Source: Chiloscyllium plagiosum
Taxonomy: Eukaryota
Assembly: GCF_004010195.1 (NCBI RefSeq)
Contig: NC_057718.1
Coordinates: 97,637,300-97,701,299 of the forward strand
Reading direction: 5' to 3'
DNA length: 64,000 nt
In this document: piece after piece, positions 51,139 to 61,553 of the stretch
Numbering within the stretch: position 1 is the stretch's first letter
How the letters are laid out: the number at the start of each line of letters is the position of its first letter
The notes under the pieces: model-generated
Seen by the model: only the letters and a program-made list of their open reading frames with translations
What the model was told of the DNA's origin: nothing
The model's database searches: none
Program-made: the position numbers and the translations under genes

Positions 51139-51319
51139 GCCTGAATCAGCGAGCCCGGAACATCCCAGTTCCAGCGTCGAGCAAGAGCTTTCTGCCCTTG
51201 ACGCAGAGATGACGCAGAAGTTAGCAGAGCTCAAAGAACAACAGCAGCAACAGCTGTTAAACCTGAGACAGGAGCAGTATTACAGTGAAAAATACCAGAA
51301 GCGGGAGCACGTTAAGCAG
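51139..51319 (+). CDS. PLCB1: PLCB1 internal coding exon (181 nt, distal CTD)
   Basis: tgacag|G...CAG|gtgttg. Encodes [60 protein letters not shown]. Phase 2/0. Confidence 0.95.
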
Positions 51320-51514
51320 GTGTTGCTCAGAGTTTTGTTTTACAGCATGTGTGTCACTGATCATCAATGCATTGTTTTGGTTGATTTTGCAGAATTCTTG
51401 TAGCACTGATTGAAGCCATTCAGCCCATTGTATCTGCACCCGCTCTCTGGACGAGCAATTCTCCTTCTGCCTTTCCCCTATCATCTCCCAGTAACACTTA
51501 ACACATCCTAATGA

Positions 51515-51962
51515 GGGGGAAGTGATGGCCTAGTGGTATTAACACTGGACTCTTATCCCAGAGAGGAGACAGTAAGGTCTGCAGATGCTGGATTTTCCTG
51601 CTCCTCGGATGCTGTCTGACCTGCTGTGCTTTTCCAGCAACACACTCTCAACTCTTACCCCAGAGACACAGGTAATGTTCTGGGGACCTAGGTTTGAATG
51701 CCTCCACAGCGGATGGTGCAATTTGAATTCAGTAAAAATCTGGGATTGAGGGTATATGAAAACCATTGTTGATTGTCAGGAAAAACCCATCTAGTTCACG
51801 AATGTCCTTTAGGGAAGGAAACTTCTATCCTTACGTGGTCTGGCCTATATGTGACTCCAGACCCATAATAATGTGGTTGACTCTTAACTGCCCTCTGGGC
51901 AATTAGGGATGGGCAATAAATGCTGGCCGAGCCAGCGATGCCCTCATCCCGTGAATGAATAA
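51515..51962 (+). mobile_element. second tRNA-derived SINE family, interrupted at 51564-51650
   Basis: A-box-like TGGCCTAGTGG, B-box-like GGTTTGAATGCC, tail GGGCAATAAATGCTGGCC...(TGAA)n. Confidence 0.65.
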
Positions 51963-52189
51963 GAAAACTAAGTAAAACAAAGAGCTGCAGGTGCCAGAAA
52001 TCTGGAGCAGAAACTGCTGGAGAAACTCAGCCGGATTGGCATCATCTGTGCAGAGAGAAAGCAGAGTTAACATTTCGAGTCTGATATGACTCTTCTTCAG
52101 AATGCTCCCTTTTGGATAACAATCCGATTTCCTCTGCAATTCGTCGATTTTGGCTCCACCACACTTTCGGAAAGTGCATTCCAGATTGT

Positions 52190-52325
52190 AGAGTCATATA
52201 GCGCAGAAACAGAGCCTTCGGTCCAACCAGTCCCTGCCTCCCATAATCCCAAACTTGGCTGGTGCCACCTGTCTGTCCTGGGCCCATATCCCTCTACCGT
52301 AACTGCTCACTGTGTGAAAAAGATT
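52190..52325 (-). mobile_element. CR1 3' UTR fragment
   Basis: Reverse complement matches 25340-25440. Confidence 0.7.
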
Positions 52326-52753
52326 GCTTCTTTTGCAAGTACCTAGTAGCAACTTGTACCATCGACAAGTTGCATTGCTGAAATTCACCAAGGATTCTTC
52401 AACAGCATGTTCCAGAACTGTCACCACGACCAGCTGGATGGGTAAGGACAATAAATAAACAGAACACAGAGCCAGTAAGGTAGCCATGCTGGACTATACA
52501 GAGAGAGAGAGAGAGATGACTGGTGGTGGTTTCACCTGAGGGTCAACATGCCTGAGCTCAGGGGAGAGGTTAAGGAGAAGAGACCTTCACCAGTTAGTGC
52601 GGGAATTGAGCCCGTACTGTTGGCAACACTCGACATTGCAAGCCACATATCCAACCAACCCCAGTAAAGAACACAAGCAACAGCATGTTAAATCACCTCC
52701 AGTTTAAGTGCTACTGTAACAGTTGTGGGGTCATTACAGTTGTCAAATTTTCA

Positions 52754-52957
52754 TGATTTGGAGATGCCAGTGTTGGACTGGGGTGTACAAAGTTAAAAAT
52801 CACACAACACCAGGTTATAGTCCAACAGGTTTAATTGGAAGCACACTAGCTTTCGGAGCGATGCTCCTATCACCTGATGAAGGAGCGTCGCTCCGAAAGC
52901 TAGTGTGCTTCCATTTAAACCTATTGGACTATAACCTGGAGTTGTGTGATTTTTAAC
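52754..52957. mobile_element. palindromic mini-element (family B) with hammerhead core
   Basis: 12-bp TSD GTCAAATTTTCA (52742-52753, 52958-52969). Inverted arms GTTAAAAATCACACAAC...GGAGC and GCTCC...GTTGTGTGATTTTTAAC. Confidence 0.88.
52870..52906 (+). ncRNA. minimal type I hammerhead ribozyme motif (family B)
   Basis: CAC-CUGAUGA (52874-52880)-A-GGAGC guc GCUCC-GAA-AGCU-A-GUG. Palindromic AGCU helix III and CAC/GUG helix I. Confidence 0.72.
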
Positions 52958-53517
52958 GTCAAATTTTCAGCTATTCTCCCTAAATGCTCAATTAACAAAG
53001 ATTCCACTGCAGTCAAATCATCCATTGCATGTGAATTGCTATGGGCCATTTGCACTGACATGTTATAAAAGGGCCTTTCTTAAACATCTTCAAAATAATT
53101 AAAAGCATCTGGGAATGTTCAATGAGTGGTGAAAAGGTTTCACCATGACAAATGATCCCAACCCATGATTTAACATGAGAAAAATAATTTTGCATTTTAT
53201 GGCAAATTAGTCAGTCTACAAACTGGACAGTACTTAATAGTTTCAGTATCTTCCTTCTGATATCATTCTTTTCAAGCAGTTTGTTTCCCATTTTCCCCAT
53301 TTAATGGTCATTCTTCTTTAATCTTGTGCGCTGTTCCTCCAAATTTCTCCTTTTCTTCATCCAGATATGCATTCCACACATAATCTTCATCCTGTCTTTC
53401 CCATTGTTGAAAGTGACATATCCACAATCTCAGATCTTCACGATCCAAGATCAATTTCCTCTAACTTCAATTTGCTTTGCAAACACACTCCCCACAACCA
53501 TTTTCTTTTCAGGTCTG

Positions 53518-54178
53518 ATTTGGAGGTGCCGGTGTTGGACTGGGGTGTACAAAGTTAAAAATCACACAACACCAGGTTATAATCCAACAGGTTTAATTAG
53601 AAGCACCGGCTTTCGGAGCGCCGCTCCTTCATCAGGTGGTTGTGGAGGACACAATTGTAAGGCACAGAATTTATAGCAAAAGTTTACAGTGTGATGTAAC
53701 TGGAATTATACATTGAAAAATACCTTGATTGTCTGTTGAGTCTTTCATCTGTTTGAATACCATGATAGTTTCACTTCTTTCATGTGTAAATCACAAAGCT
53801 TTTTTAAAAGTTGGATTCTCAGGTTAACTGTAACAATTGGTGTTAGCTAGACAATATGTTGAAGGTGGAGAAAGTGAGGTCTGCAGATGCTGGAGATCAG
53901 AGCTGGAAATGTGTTGCTGGAAAAGCGCAGCAGGTCAGACAGCATCCAGGGAACAGGGGAATCGACGTTTCGGGCATAAGCCCTTCTTCAGGAATGGGGA
54001 AAGTTTGTTTTTATCTTAGCCTGCTGGACAAACTTTCCCCATTCCTGAAGAAGGGCTTATGCCCGAAACGTCGATTCCCCTGTTCCCTGGATGCTGCCTG
54101 ACCTGCTGCGCTTTTCCAGCAACACATTTCCAATATGTTGAAGGTGTTAGCCCCCTGTGTTCTCTGTGTGATTTTTAA
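53518..54178 (-). mobile_element. family B Penelope-type insertion (pLTR + 3' UTR + short inverted end), hosting a family A palindrome
   Basis: 13-bp TSD CTTTTCAGGTCTG (53505-53517, 54179-54191). Minus strand CACCTGATGAAGGAGCGGCGCTCCGAAAGCC; inverted TGTGTGATTTTTAAC at the far end. Confidence 0.82.
53868..54130. mobile_element. young palindromic mini-element (family A) with hammerhead cores on both strands
   Basis: 16-bp TSD CAATATGTTGAAGGTG. ~104-bp arms with one mismatch and a 19-nt spacer. CTGAAGA...GAAACGTC at 54045-54072 (+) and 53991-53964 (-). Confidence 0.92.
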
Positions 54179-54859
54179 CTTTTCAGGTCTGGTCGCATTT
54201 TGAACTCTGTCTTTGGTCTTTGCAGTTGAGCAGTTACATTTCTGATGTGACAGGTAGCCAGAATGCATCTGCATTACACACCAATTATAGCCATGTGTTC
54301 CTGAACAGGCTGTCTAGCTAATGAGCTCATTTCCCTTTGTTGTGGTGTCTTAGGTTATTATCTGTATTTACTGTGGATTTAATAACTTAGATATTGATAG
54401 GAACCGCATGGAGGGTTTCAGCTAGTTTGATTGTTAAAAGCAAGGATTGGAAATTTAAAATTGAGTCTTTGCTTGACAGGGAGCCCATGAAGGTCAGTGA
54501 ACACATGAGGGATAGGTGAATAGAACATGGTGCCAGTCAGGACACAGGCAACAAGCAATTCAAACCTCAAGTTTGAGTGCAACTTTAATAATTATTGGAA
54601 CACTACAGTTGAAGAATTCTGAGCTATTCTGTCCCAAGCACTTTTGTCACAATGGTTCCACTGCAGTCAAACCATCTATTGTGTGTAAATTGCTATGGGT
54701 CATTTGCACTGACGTGTTATAAAAATGGCCTCTCTTAAATGTCTTCAAAATAATTAAAATGTAAGTCATTTTGGAGGTCATTATATTTGCAGAATTTTCA
54801 GCCATTCTGCCTGAGACTATATACAAGACTGGTCAGTGTATGTACGGAATGATTGGAAC

Positions 54860-55630
54860 TAGTACAGGGAAGGTTTACTGGACTAATATATAGAATGAGT
54901 GAGTTGCCTCATAAGGAAAGGCTAGACAGACTAGGCTGGATCCTGTGGAGTTTAAGAAAGTCAGAGGTAACTAAATTGAAACATATAAGATCCTGAGGGG
55001 ACTTGACCAGGAAGCTAAAAAAAGGATTAGATTTCCTACAGTGTGGAAACAGGCCCTTCGGCCCAACAAGTCCTCTGAAGAGTAACCCACCCAGACCCAT
55101 TTCCCTCTGACTAATGCACCTAACACTCCGGGCAATTTAGCACAGCCAATTCACCTGGCCTGCACTGTGGGAGGAAACTGGAATACACAGAGGAAACCCA
55201 TGCAGACACAGGGAGACTGTGCAAACTCCACACAGACAGTCGCCCGAGGCCAGAATCAAACCTGGGACCCTGGTGCTGTGAGGCAACAGTGCTAACCACT
55301 GAGCCATAGTGCCACCTTCCTCTTGTTTCCTCTTGTAGGAGAACCTAGAACCAGGGTTCATCGCTTAAAAATGAGTGGTCATCAATTTAACACAAAGATG
55401 AGGAAACTTTTTTTTCTCAGAGAGCTCAGAGTCTTTGGAATTCCATTTGGCAAAGGACAGTGGATGCAGAATCGTTAATCATCTTTGAGACAAAGATAGA
55501 AAGGTTCTAGAATGCCAAGAGGGATGAAAGATTATCAGAGCATGTGCAAGAGTTGAAATTGAAATCAGATCAGCCGTGACCTTATTGAGTACAGGAGCTT
55601 GAAGGGCCCAGTGGCCTACATTTGTTCTTT
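54860..55630 (+). mobile_element. CR1 3' fragment interrupted by HE1 (55026-55316, minus)
   Basis: AGGAAAGGCTAGACAGACTAGG...GAAACATATAAGATCCTG resumes after the SINE with TTGTTTCCTCTTGTAGGAGAA. Confidence 0.78.
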
Positions 55631-55956
55631 GTATGAAGCTTGGGTTTCAAGTCTGTCCAAAAATGTAGACAGATGATCCCAGCGAAGTCAGAGGTGCCAG
55701 TGTTAGGGTGGAGCATTTGAATGCATATCCCAACTTCCCTTGTGGCTGTTTGCAAAGAATTCCCCTCCCGCACCTATTATTTTGAAGATCACCAAGAGAG
55801 ATGTCTCAGGTGTCCTTGCCAATATTTAGTCATCAATCAGCCAAAAACGCGCTTCATTGTCTCTTGGGCTTTTTGATATGTTGGTGGTTACAGAAGGTGC
55901 TCTACAAATGCAAGTCCTTTTTTTCTTTAAGAATCCTACCTGGCTCGCCAATCGAT

Positions 55957-56038
55957 GTAGTCGTGGCCGAGTGGTTAAGGCGTTGGATTAGAAATCCATT
56001 GGGGTTACCCAGCGTAGAGTCGAATCCTGCCAACTACG
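55957..56038 (+). pseudogene. tRNA-Ser(AGA) pseudogene
   Basis: 82 nt GTAGTCGTGGCCGAGTGGTTAAGGCG...TAGAAATCCA...GAATCCTGCCAACTACG. T arm and B box disrupted (AGAGTCGAATCC), acceptor-stem mismatch. Confidence 0.88.
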
Positions 56039-56059
56039 TTGCGTGCTGCATTTCTTGCC

Positions 56060-56334
56060 GGCACAGTGGTTAGCACTGCTGCCTCACAGCACCAGAGACC
56101 CGGGTTCAATTCCCACCTCAGGCTGTGTGGAGTTTGCACATTCTCCCCGTGTCTGCGTGGGTTTCTTCCGGATGCTCTGGTTTCCTCCCACAGTCCAAAG
56201 ATGTGCAGGTCAGGTGATTTGGCCATGCTTAATTGTCCGTAGTGTTAGGTGTAGGGGAATGGATCTGGGTGGGTTGTGGGTCGGTGTGGACTTGTTGGGC
56301 CGTTGGGCCTGTTTCCACAGTGTAGGTAATCTAA
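56060..56334 (+). mobile_element. HE1-type SINE
   Basis: Slightly 5'-trimmed head, V-domain and tail. Confidence 0.87.
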
Positions 56335-56950
56335 TGTCACCTTCACCTTATTTTTCCAATTTTCTCTGCATACCAACACACCCCACGACCCTGCAAATTT
56401 TCTCCAGCCTCATACCAAGCTCTGTCGGTGAAAAAGGCCCTGTGTCACAGAAGCACAGGATTGTTATGGCCCCAAGGAAGAGATTCGGCCCATCGTGACT
56501 ATACAAGCTCTCTTACCTAGTTTGGTTTGATTTAATATTGTCAGGTGTACCTAAGTACAGTGAAAAGTTTTGTTTTGTGTGTAGTTCATAAGCAGACCAT
56601 AAGCATACAAAGATCATAGGGTGATTGAACAGAGCAAGGAATACAAGGTTACAGCTGCAGAGAAGGTAAACAAACAACAAGATCAACATTAGATTTTAAA
56701 TTTGAAAGGTCCATTCAGCAGTCTTATAACAGCAGGAAAGAAGGTGTTTTTGAACTAGTCATCTGCCATTTCCCCAAATCCCTAAGCACCATTTTTATCC
56801 CAATAACCATCTAATGCCCCTCTTGAATGCCTCAATTGAACCTGCCTCTGCCATATTTCCAGGCAGTGCATTCCACATCCTAACTACTCTCTATGTGACA
56901 AAAAAACTTTTTTACACATCAGCCGTGCTTCATTTGCAAGTCACTTTAAA

Positions 56951-57270
56951 TCATAGACTTCCTACAGGGAAGAAACAGGCCATTTGGTCTATTGAATTCA
57001 TACTGGCTTTCTCAAGAGCATCACGGCCAGACTCACAACCCCCACATTTCCCACGGCTAACCCACACATCTCTGAACACTATGGGCAATTTAGCATAGCC
57101 AATCTGCCCTAATATACTCATCTTCAGACCGTGGGAGGAAACCAAAGCAAACTCACACAGACACAGGGTGAATGTCCAAACCCCACAGAGACAGTCGCCC
57201 AAGGCTGGAATTGAACCCAGGTGCCTGGTGCTGTGAGGTAGCAGTGCTAACTACAGAGCCACCATGTCAC
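56951..57270 (-). mobile_element. HE1-type SINE inside an old minus-strand CR1 fragment (~56800-57530)
   Basis: Reverse-complement HE1 with CR1-like flanks. Confidence 0.75.
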
Positions 57271-58762
57271 CTCATATTTAACCCCCTTATTCATTTTTCT
57301 TAATATGACCTGGAACACTTCTCTCTCTCTATTCTGTACAGTCCACATGTGATTTTGAAAAGCTATATCTGATCCCCTCACAGCCTTTTTTTTCTCCAGG
57401 GAGAACAGTCCCAACGTCTTTCATCTATCCTCATAGCTGAAGTTTCTCATCCCTGGAAGCATTCGTGTAAATCACTTCTGCTCTGTCTCCAATGCATTTA
57501 TATCTTCCTAATAAAGGGTAGTACCCAGAAATATAGGAAAAGGGCTAGACTATTCAGCCTCTTGTATTTGCTATTCAGTGAGATTGTAACCAATCTGCAT
57601 CCTCACTCCATCCGCTTGGTTTAGTCACGTGATCATTGGGGGGCATGTTTCCTTACAACAACAATAAATTTTAAATGACCAGATGTCAACTCAAAAGACA
57701 TTCTGTCTAGCATGTCATTAAACCGCATTGTGCATGACTCTCAGCGTCGATGTGTTACCTTGGCTGTACGTTGCAATAATTGGTTAGTGACATCAAGCAG
57801 CATGACCCTTACTTTGTTTGAAAAAGGCAAAATACTGACTTGTACTTAACCAGTCCACACTTGCAAAATCGTAACCAAAACTTCTTCTTTTGATGTGATT
57901 CCACAAATGGGCAGCACTTGCCAAACAATCTTGAGTGTGCTGATAGATACAGTAGCAACTAATTTCAGATGGTCATCTGAGCTTGAAATGTAGGTTATGT
58001 ATTCTTGCAAGGAGCAACATACATTCATATCAAGGGACCTGTTACCTACAAACAACAAATGATATGTTCAAATGTTTTAACTTGCTCTTTGAATATCCAT
58101 GGAGTTTATGGGGTCTCTAAATCATCACTGCCTCCTCCATGGTACTGTTCCCTTCAGTATTAATCGAGTTGTCAACCCTTCCGCACCTTTTTCTCCTGTT
58201 ACGCAAATTATTATTATCATTTGAAATGTGAAGCTCAAACCCTCCAACCCATGTCATTTTTGAGAGGCAATTAATGCGTAAATGCAGCAAATTCCTGCCA
58301 AAAAAGGGATGTGGCCAAAGACAAGAGATCACCTTCTTAAAACTACTGGCGGAAAACCACGACTCAAACAATTACTTCCATTTAACCACACATCTACTCT
58401 GTGCCTGAAGTATAAATAGCAGCAAGTGTCAATTGCTTTACCATTATTCTGTCAGCAGATTCTAGCCCAATAGTTGTATGGTTGGGATGAAATATTATCA
58501 GGGATATACAGGAATATAGAGTTGAGGTTCAAATTGGATCAGCCGTGTTCCTGTTCAACGGAGGAGCAGACTTGAAGACCCAAGCAACCAACTCTTGTTC
58601 CTTCCTCATATGTTCACTTAGAAATGAAGGTATCTAGTCTTATAAAGGGACGTATCTGAGAAGTGCAAACATTATCCATTCTCTCTTGATCTCTCACAGG
58701 AAAGTAGGACCTCAATAACCCTGCCATAAAGTTCACCTGTTGTTGACTTCTAATTTTCACAG

Positions 58763-58839
58763 CTTGTGCAAAAGCTGACAGAAATCGCTGAGGAATGCCA
58801 AGCCAACCAGTTGAAGAAACTGAGGGAGCTCTGTGAAAA
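58763..58839 (+). CDS. PLCB1: PLCB1 internal coding exon (77 nt)
   Basis: tcacag|CTT...AA|gtaagc. Encodes LVQKLTEIAEECQANQLKKLRELCE(K). Phase 0/2. Confidence 0.95.
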
Positions 58840-58941
58840 GTAAGCCCCTGACATACAACTTTCATAACTTTTATGTCTCCGGCTAATCTCCGGCTGAAAT
58901 TTGCGAAGGCGAGTCAATGTTTCCTCTGCTGTTCTTTCCAG

Positions 58942-59031
58942 GGAGAAGAAGGAACTGAAGAAGAAGATGGACAAGAAGCGCCAGGAGAAGATAACGGAGG
59001 CGAAATCGAAAGACAAAAACCAGATGGAAGA
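58942..59031 (+). CDS. PLCB1: PLCB1 internal coding exon (90 nt); last exon found in the window
   Basis: ttccag|G...GA|gtgagt. Encodes [29 protein letters not shown](E). Phase 2/2. Confidence 0.95.
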
Positions 59032-60579
59032 GTGAGTCGATCTCAGTCTGTGCATGAGATGCGTTGTTTCGGTCTTCAGGGTGGCTTTGATGGTCTCCTG
59101 CCGGCAAAGTCTCTGTGCTTTTGTTTTGAAATGTTAATACTGTTTTAAAGATGTGGAGCCAGGGAGAGCAGAGAGCGACACTTTAGAGTCCCCATCCACC
59201 GCAAACCCCACCCCTCCCCGACCCATCCAGGAGTTGTCTTTCAAGGTGGTGAGCAACACAATCTTTCATTCCTCAAATGGAAGAACTGTCCCTGGAGGTC
59301 AACAGAGAAGTTGCCACCATCCCCATTCACGTACCACCTCTTATTTCAAACGAGTTAGTGCCAGCTGATCTAACTCATTCAGACTGCCTGGCTGAAGATT
59401 TCTGAATGCTCCCCATTGTCCACTCTTGAAGGATTAATAAGGGGCAGAATTCCACAAGTTGCCTCAGCTTGGCTTGAATGCGTCCAGTTCCTGGCAAAAG
59501 CTTGACGATTAAGTTGAACTTAAAAGCAACCTCTTCTTTCAAAGACGTTACTAGCCACACTAAGGTCCTTCTGTGGCAGAGGGAGACCTGGTGAGAGGGA
59601 ACCTTCTCAAAAGAAATGTTTCATCAAGAGGGAAATTTCAAGTCGCACTTGGTCTTCCTCAAAATGTATGATAAGACAGAAATTGTTTCCCTTTGTGGCA
59701 GTGGACAAAGACTTGGCTTTTGTCACAAGGATTAAAATATTCCCTTTGAAAGAAAACCACACATTTATGTGGTGCCCATGAACCACGCAATAAAGAACTT
59801 TGCCTCACTCTAATTGTCTTCAGGAGCAAGTAACTCCTACTCTTCGACTAAGATCCTCAGTCAGTGACCTTGGCATTTAAGACAGACATGAGCAGTTTTA
59901 TCTTTTTATTCATGACAGACAAATAGACTGTATTTTCCAAAGCGTAGGCAATTGCTGTAGATCCTCAATTGCTGGTTGTCAGCTCAGAAGGTTATCTCAT
60001 TTTCCAGCAATGTCCATCAAAAGAGCCGGAAGGCTGACGATGAACGTTTTGAAAATTGTTTCTGCTCATGTGTCGGCCAGTTTCTCCCAAATGATAGTGT
60101 TTGATGGAGCACTATTTCAGAAAAATAACAGTGGCGCTCCAAAGGCTTTCTGTATTGTTTGTTTTAAAAGGGAACTGCATGGCGAGTTCAGGGGGAAATG
60201 TAGTGGTCAGGGGAAAGGGTAGGGGCTCCGGGACTATTTTCATATTGCCGTGTTATTGTCGTTTAATTATTTATAGAAGCATAGGAACAGGAGTAGGCCG
60301 TTCAGCCCCTCAAGCCTTTTTCCACCACTCATTGAGGATCATTGGTAATCTCTGACCTAACTCCATATACCTGCCATACCTGAGGTCTGCGGAGTTCACA
60401 CAACTATTATATGATCAGGTCTCACATCGCTCTTAATTACTGTCTTCCCATTGATAAGGTACCACAGTCATTTGATCTTAAAAGTACACAAGGAAGCCAT
60501 TCAGCCTACCTCTCCTGTACCAGCTCTTTGAGAGAACTATTGTGTACTTTGCCTTTAAAAAAGTTCACCTTTGAGGTAG

Positions 60580-60800
60580 AAACTTCTTCAGCCAGAGAGT
60601 GGTGAATCTATGGAATTCACTGCTACCGAAGGCTATGGAGGCCAGGTCATTGAGTGTACTTAAGAGGGAATATCAGGGAGATCAGGGGTTAGCGGGAGAA
60701 AGCAGGAGAATGAGGTTGAGAAACTTATCAGCCATGATTGAATGGCGGAGCAGACTTGATGGACTGAATGGCCTAATTTTTGCTCCTGTGTTTAATGGTC
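60580..60800 (+). mobile_element. CR1 3' end
   Basis: NFFSQRVVNLWNSL...; 3' UTR. Confidence 0.8.
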
Positions 60801-61234
60801 TGAAGGACCCCACGTGCTGTCTGTATACAATGTTGTGACTCTGTCTGAGAGTTCATCTGCTTTGGATCTGCAACCAGCACTCTCAGAAATCAGTTCTTTT
60901 TAATGTTTGATTTTTAACTTATAATGTGTTTTACTGTTTTAAATAAGCTAACTCCTGGAGTTAATTAATCCCTGACAAACAAGTGATCAAGAGACTATAA
61001 TCACTGAAATGGCAGTGTCCAAATTGTTCCACTTCCTTGCCCCTTTTCCAACAACCATGCAATTCTTTATTTCCCCTGTAGCAACTCATCCTGTTCCCTT
61101 TTGAAGGATCCCTTCGCCGTTTTTGTGGCAGAGCTTTCCAAGGTTGTCGTTTTTTGCAAATTTCTTAAGGCATTGTATATGTGGGGTCAGTTCAGTCAGT
61201 TATAGCCTCATTTGGAAAAATGCAACAGAAAGTG

Positions 61235-61553
61235 GGCGGCACGGTGGCACAGTGGTTAGCACTGCTGCCTCACAGCGCCTGAGACCCGGGTTCAATTCCC
61301 GCCTCAGGCGACTGACTGTGTGGAGTTTGCACGTTCTCCCCGTGTCTGCGTGGGTTTCCTCCGGGTGCTCCGGTTTCCTCCCACAGTGCAAAGATGTGCA
61401 GGGTCAGGTGAATTGGCCATGCTAAATTGCCCGTAGCCTTAGGCAAGGGGTAAATGTAGGGGTATGGGTGGGTTTCGCTTCGGCGGGTCGGTGTGGACTT
61501 GTTGGGCCGAAGGGCCTGTTTCCACACTGTAATCTAATCTAATCTAATCTAAT
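61235..61553 (+). mobile_element. HE1-type SINE, young
   Basis: Near-identical to 606 and 8389; (AATCT)4 tail. Confidence 0.9.

Noticed and set aside
53905..54131. miRNA precursor or DNA-transposon MITE interpretation of the palindromes
   Set aside because: The arms are Penelope pLTR sequence (linked to GIY-YIG at 42838-43200), the TSDs vary from 12 to 16 bp, and the inverted repeats are not terminal on both sides.
55957..56038. Functional tRNA genes (Ser here, Asp at 45709-45780)
   Set aside because: Stem mismatches in both and a broken T-loop/B box in the Ser copy. Called pseudogenes, pending tRNAscan-SE scores.
36483..58941. Both mini-introns (36483-36584 and 58840-58941) are exactly 102 nt
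   Set aside because: No sequence similarity between them; most likely coincidence near the minimal intron length.
60411..60440. ORF beginning MIRSHI, resembling the next PLCB1 exon (EKTEMIRSYIQEVV...)
   Set aside because: No upstream acceptor or EKTE codons and no similarity after six residues. The real next exon appears to lie beyond the window.
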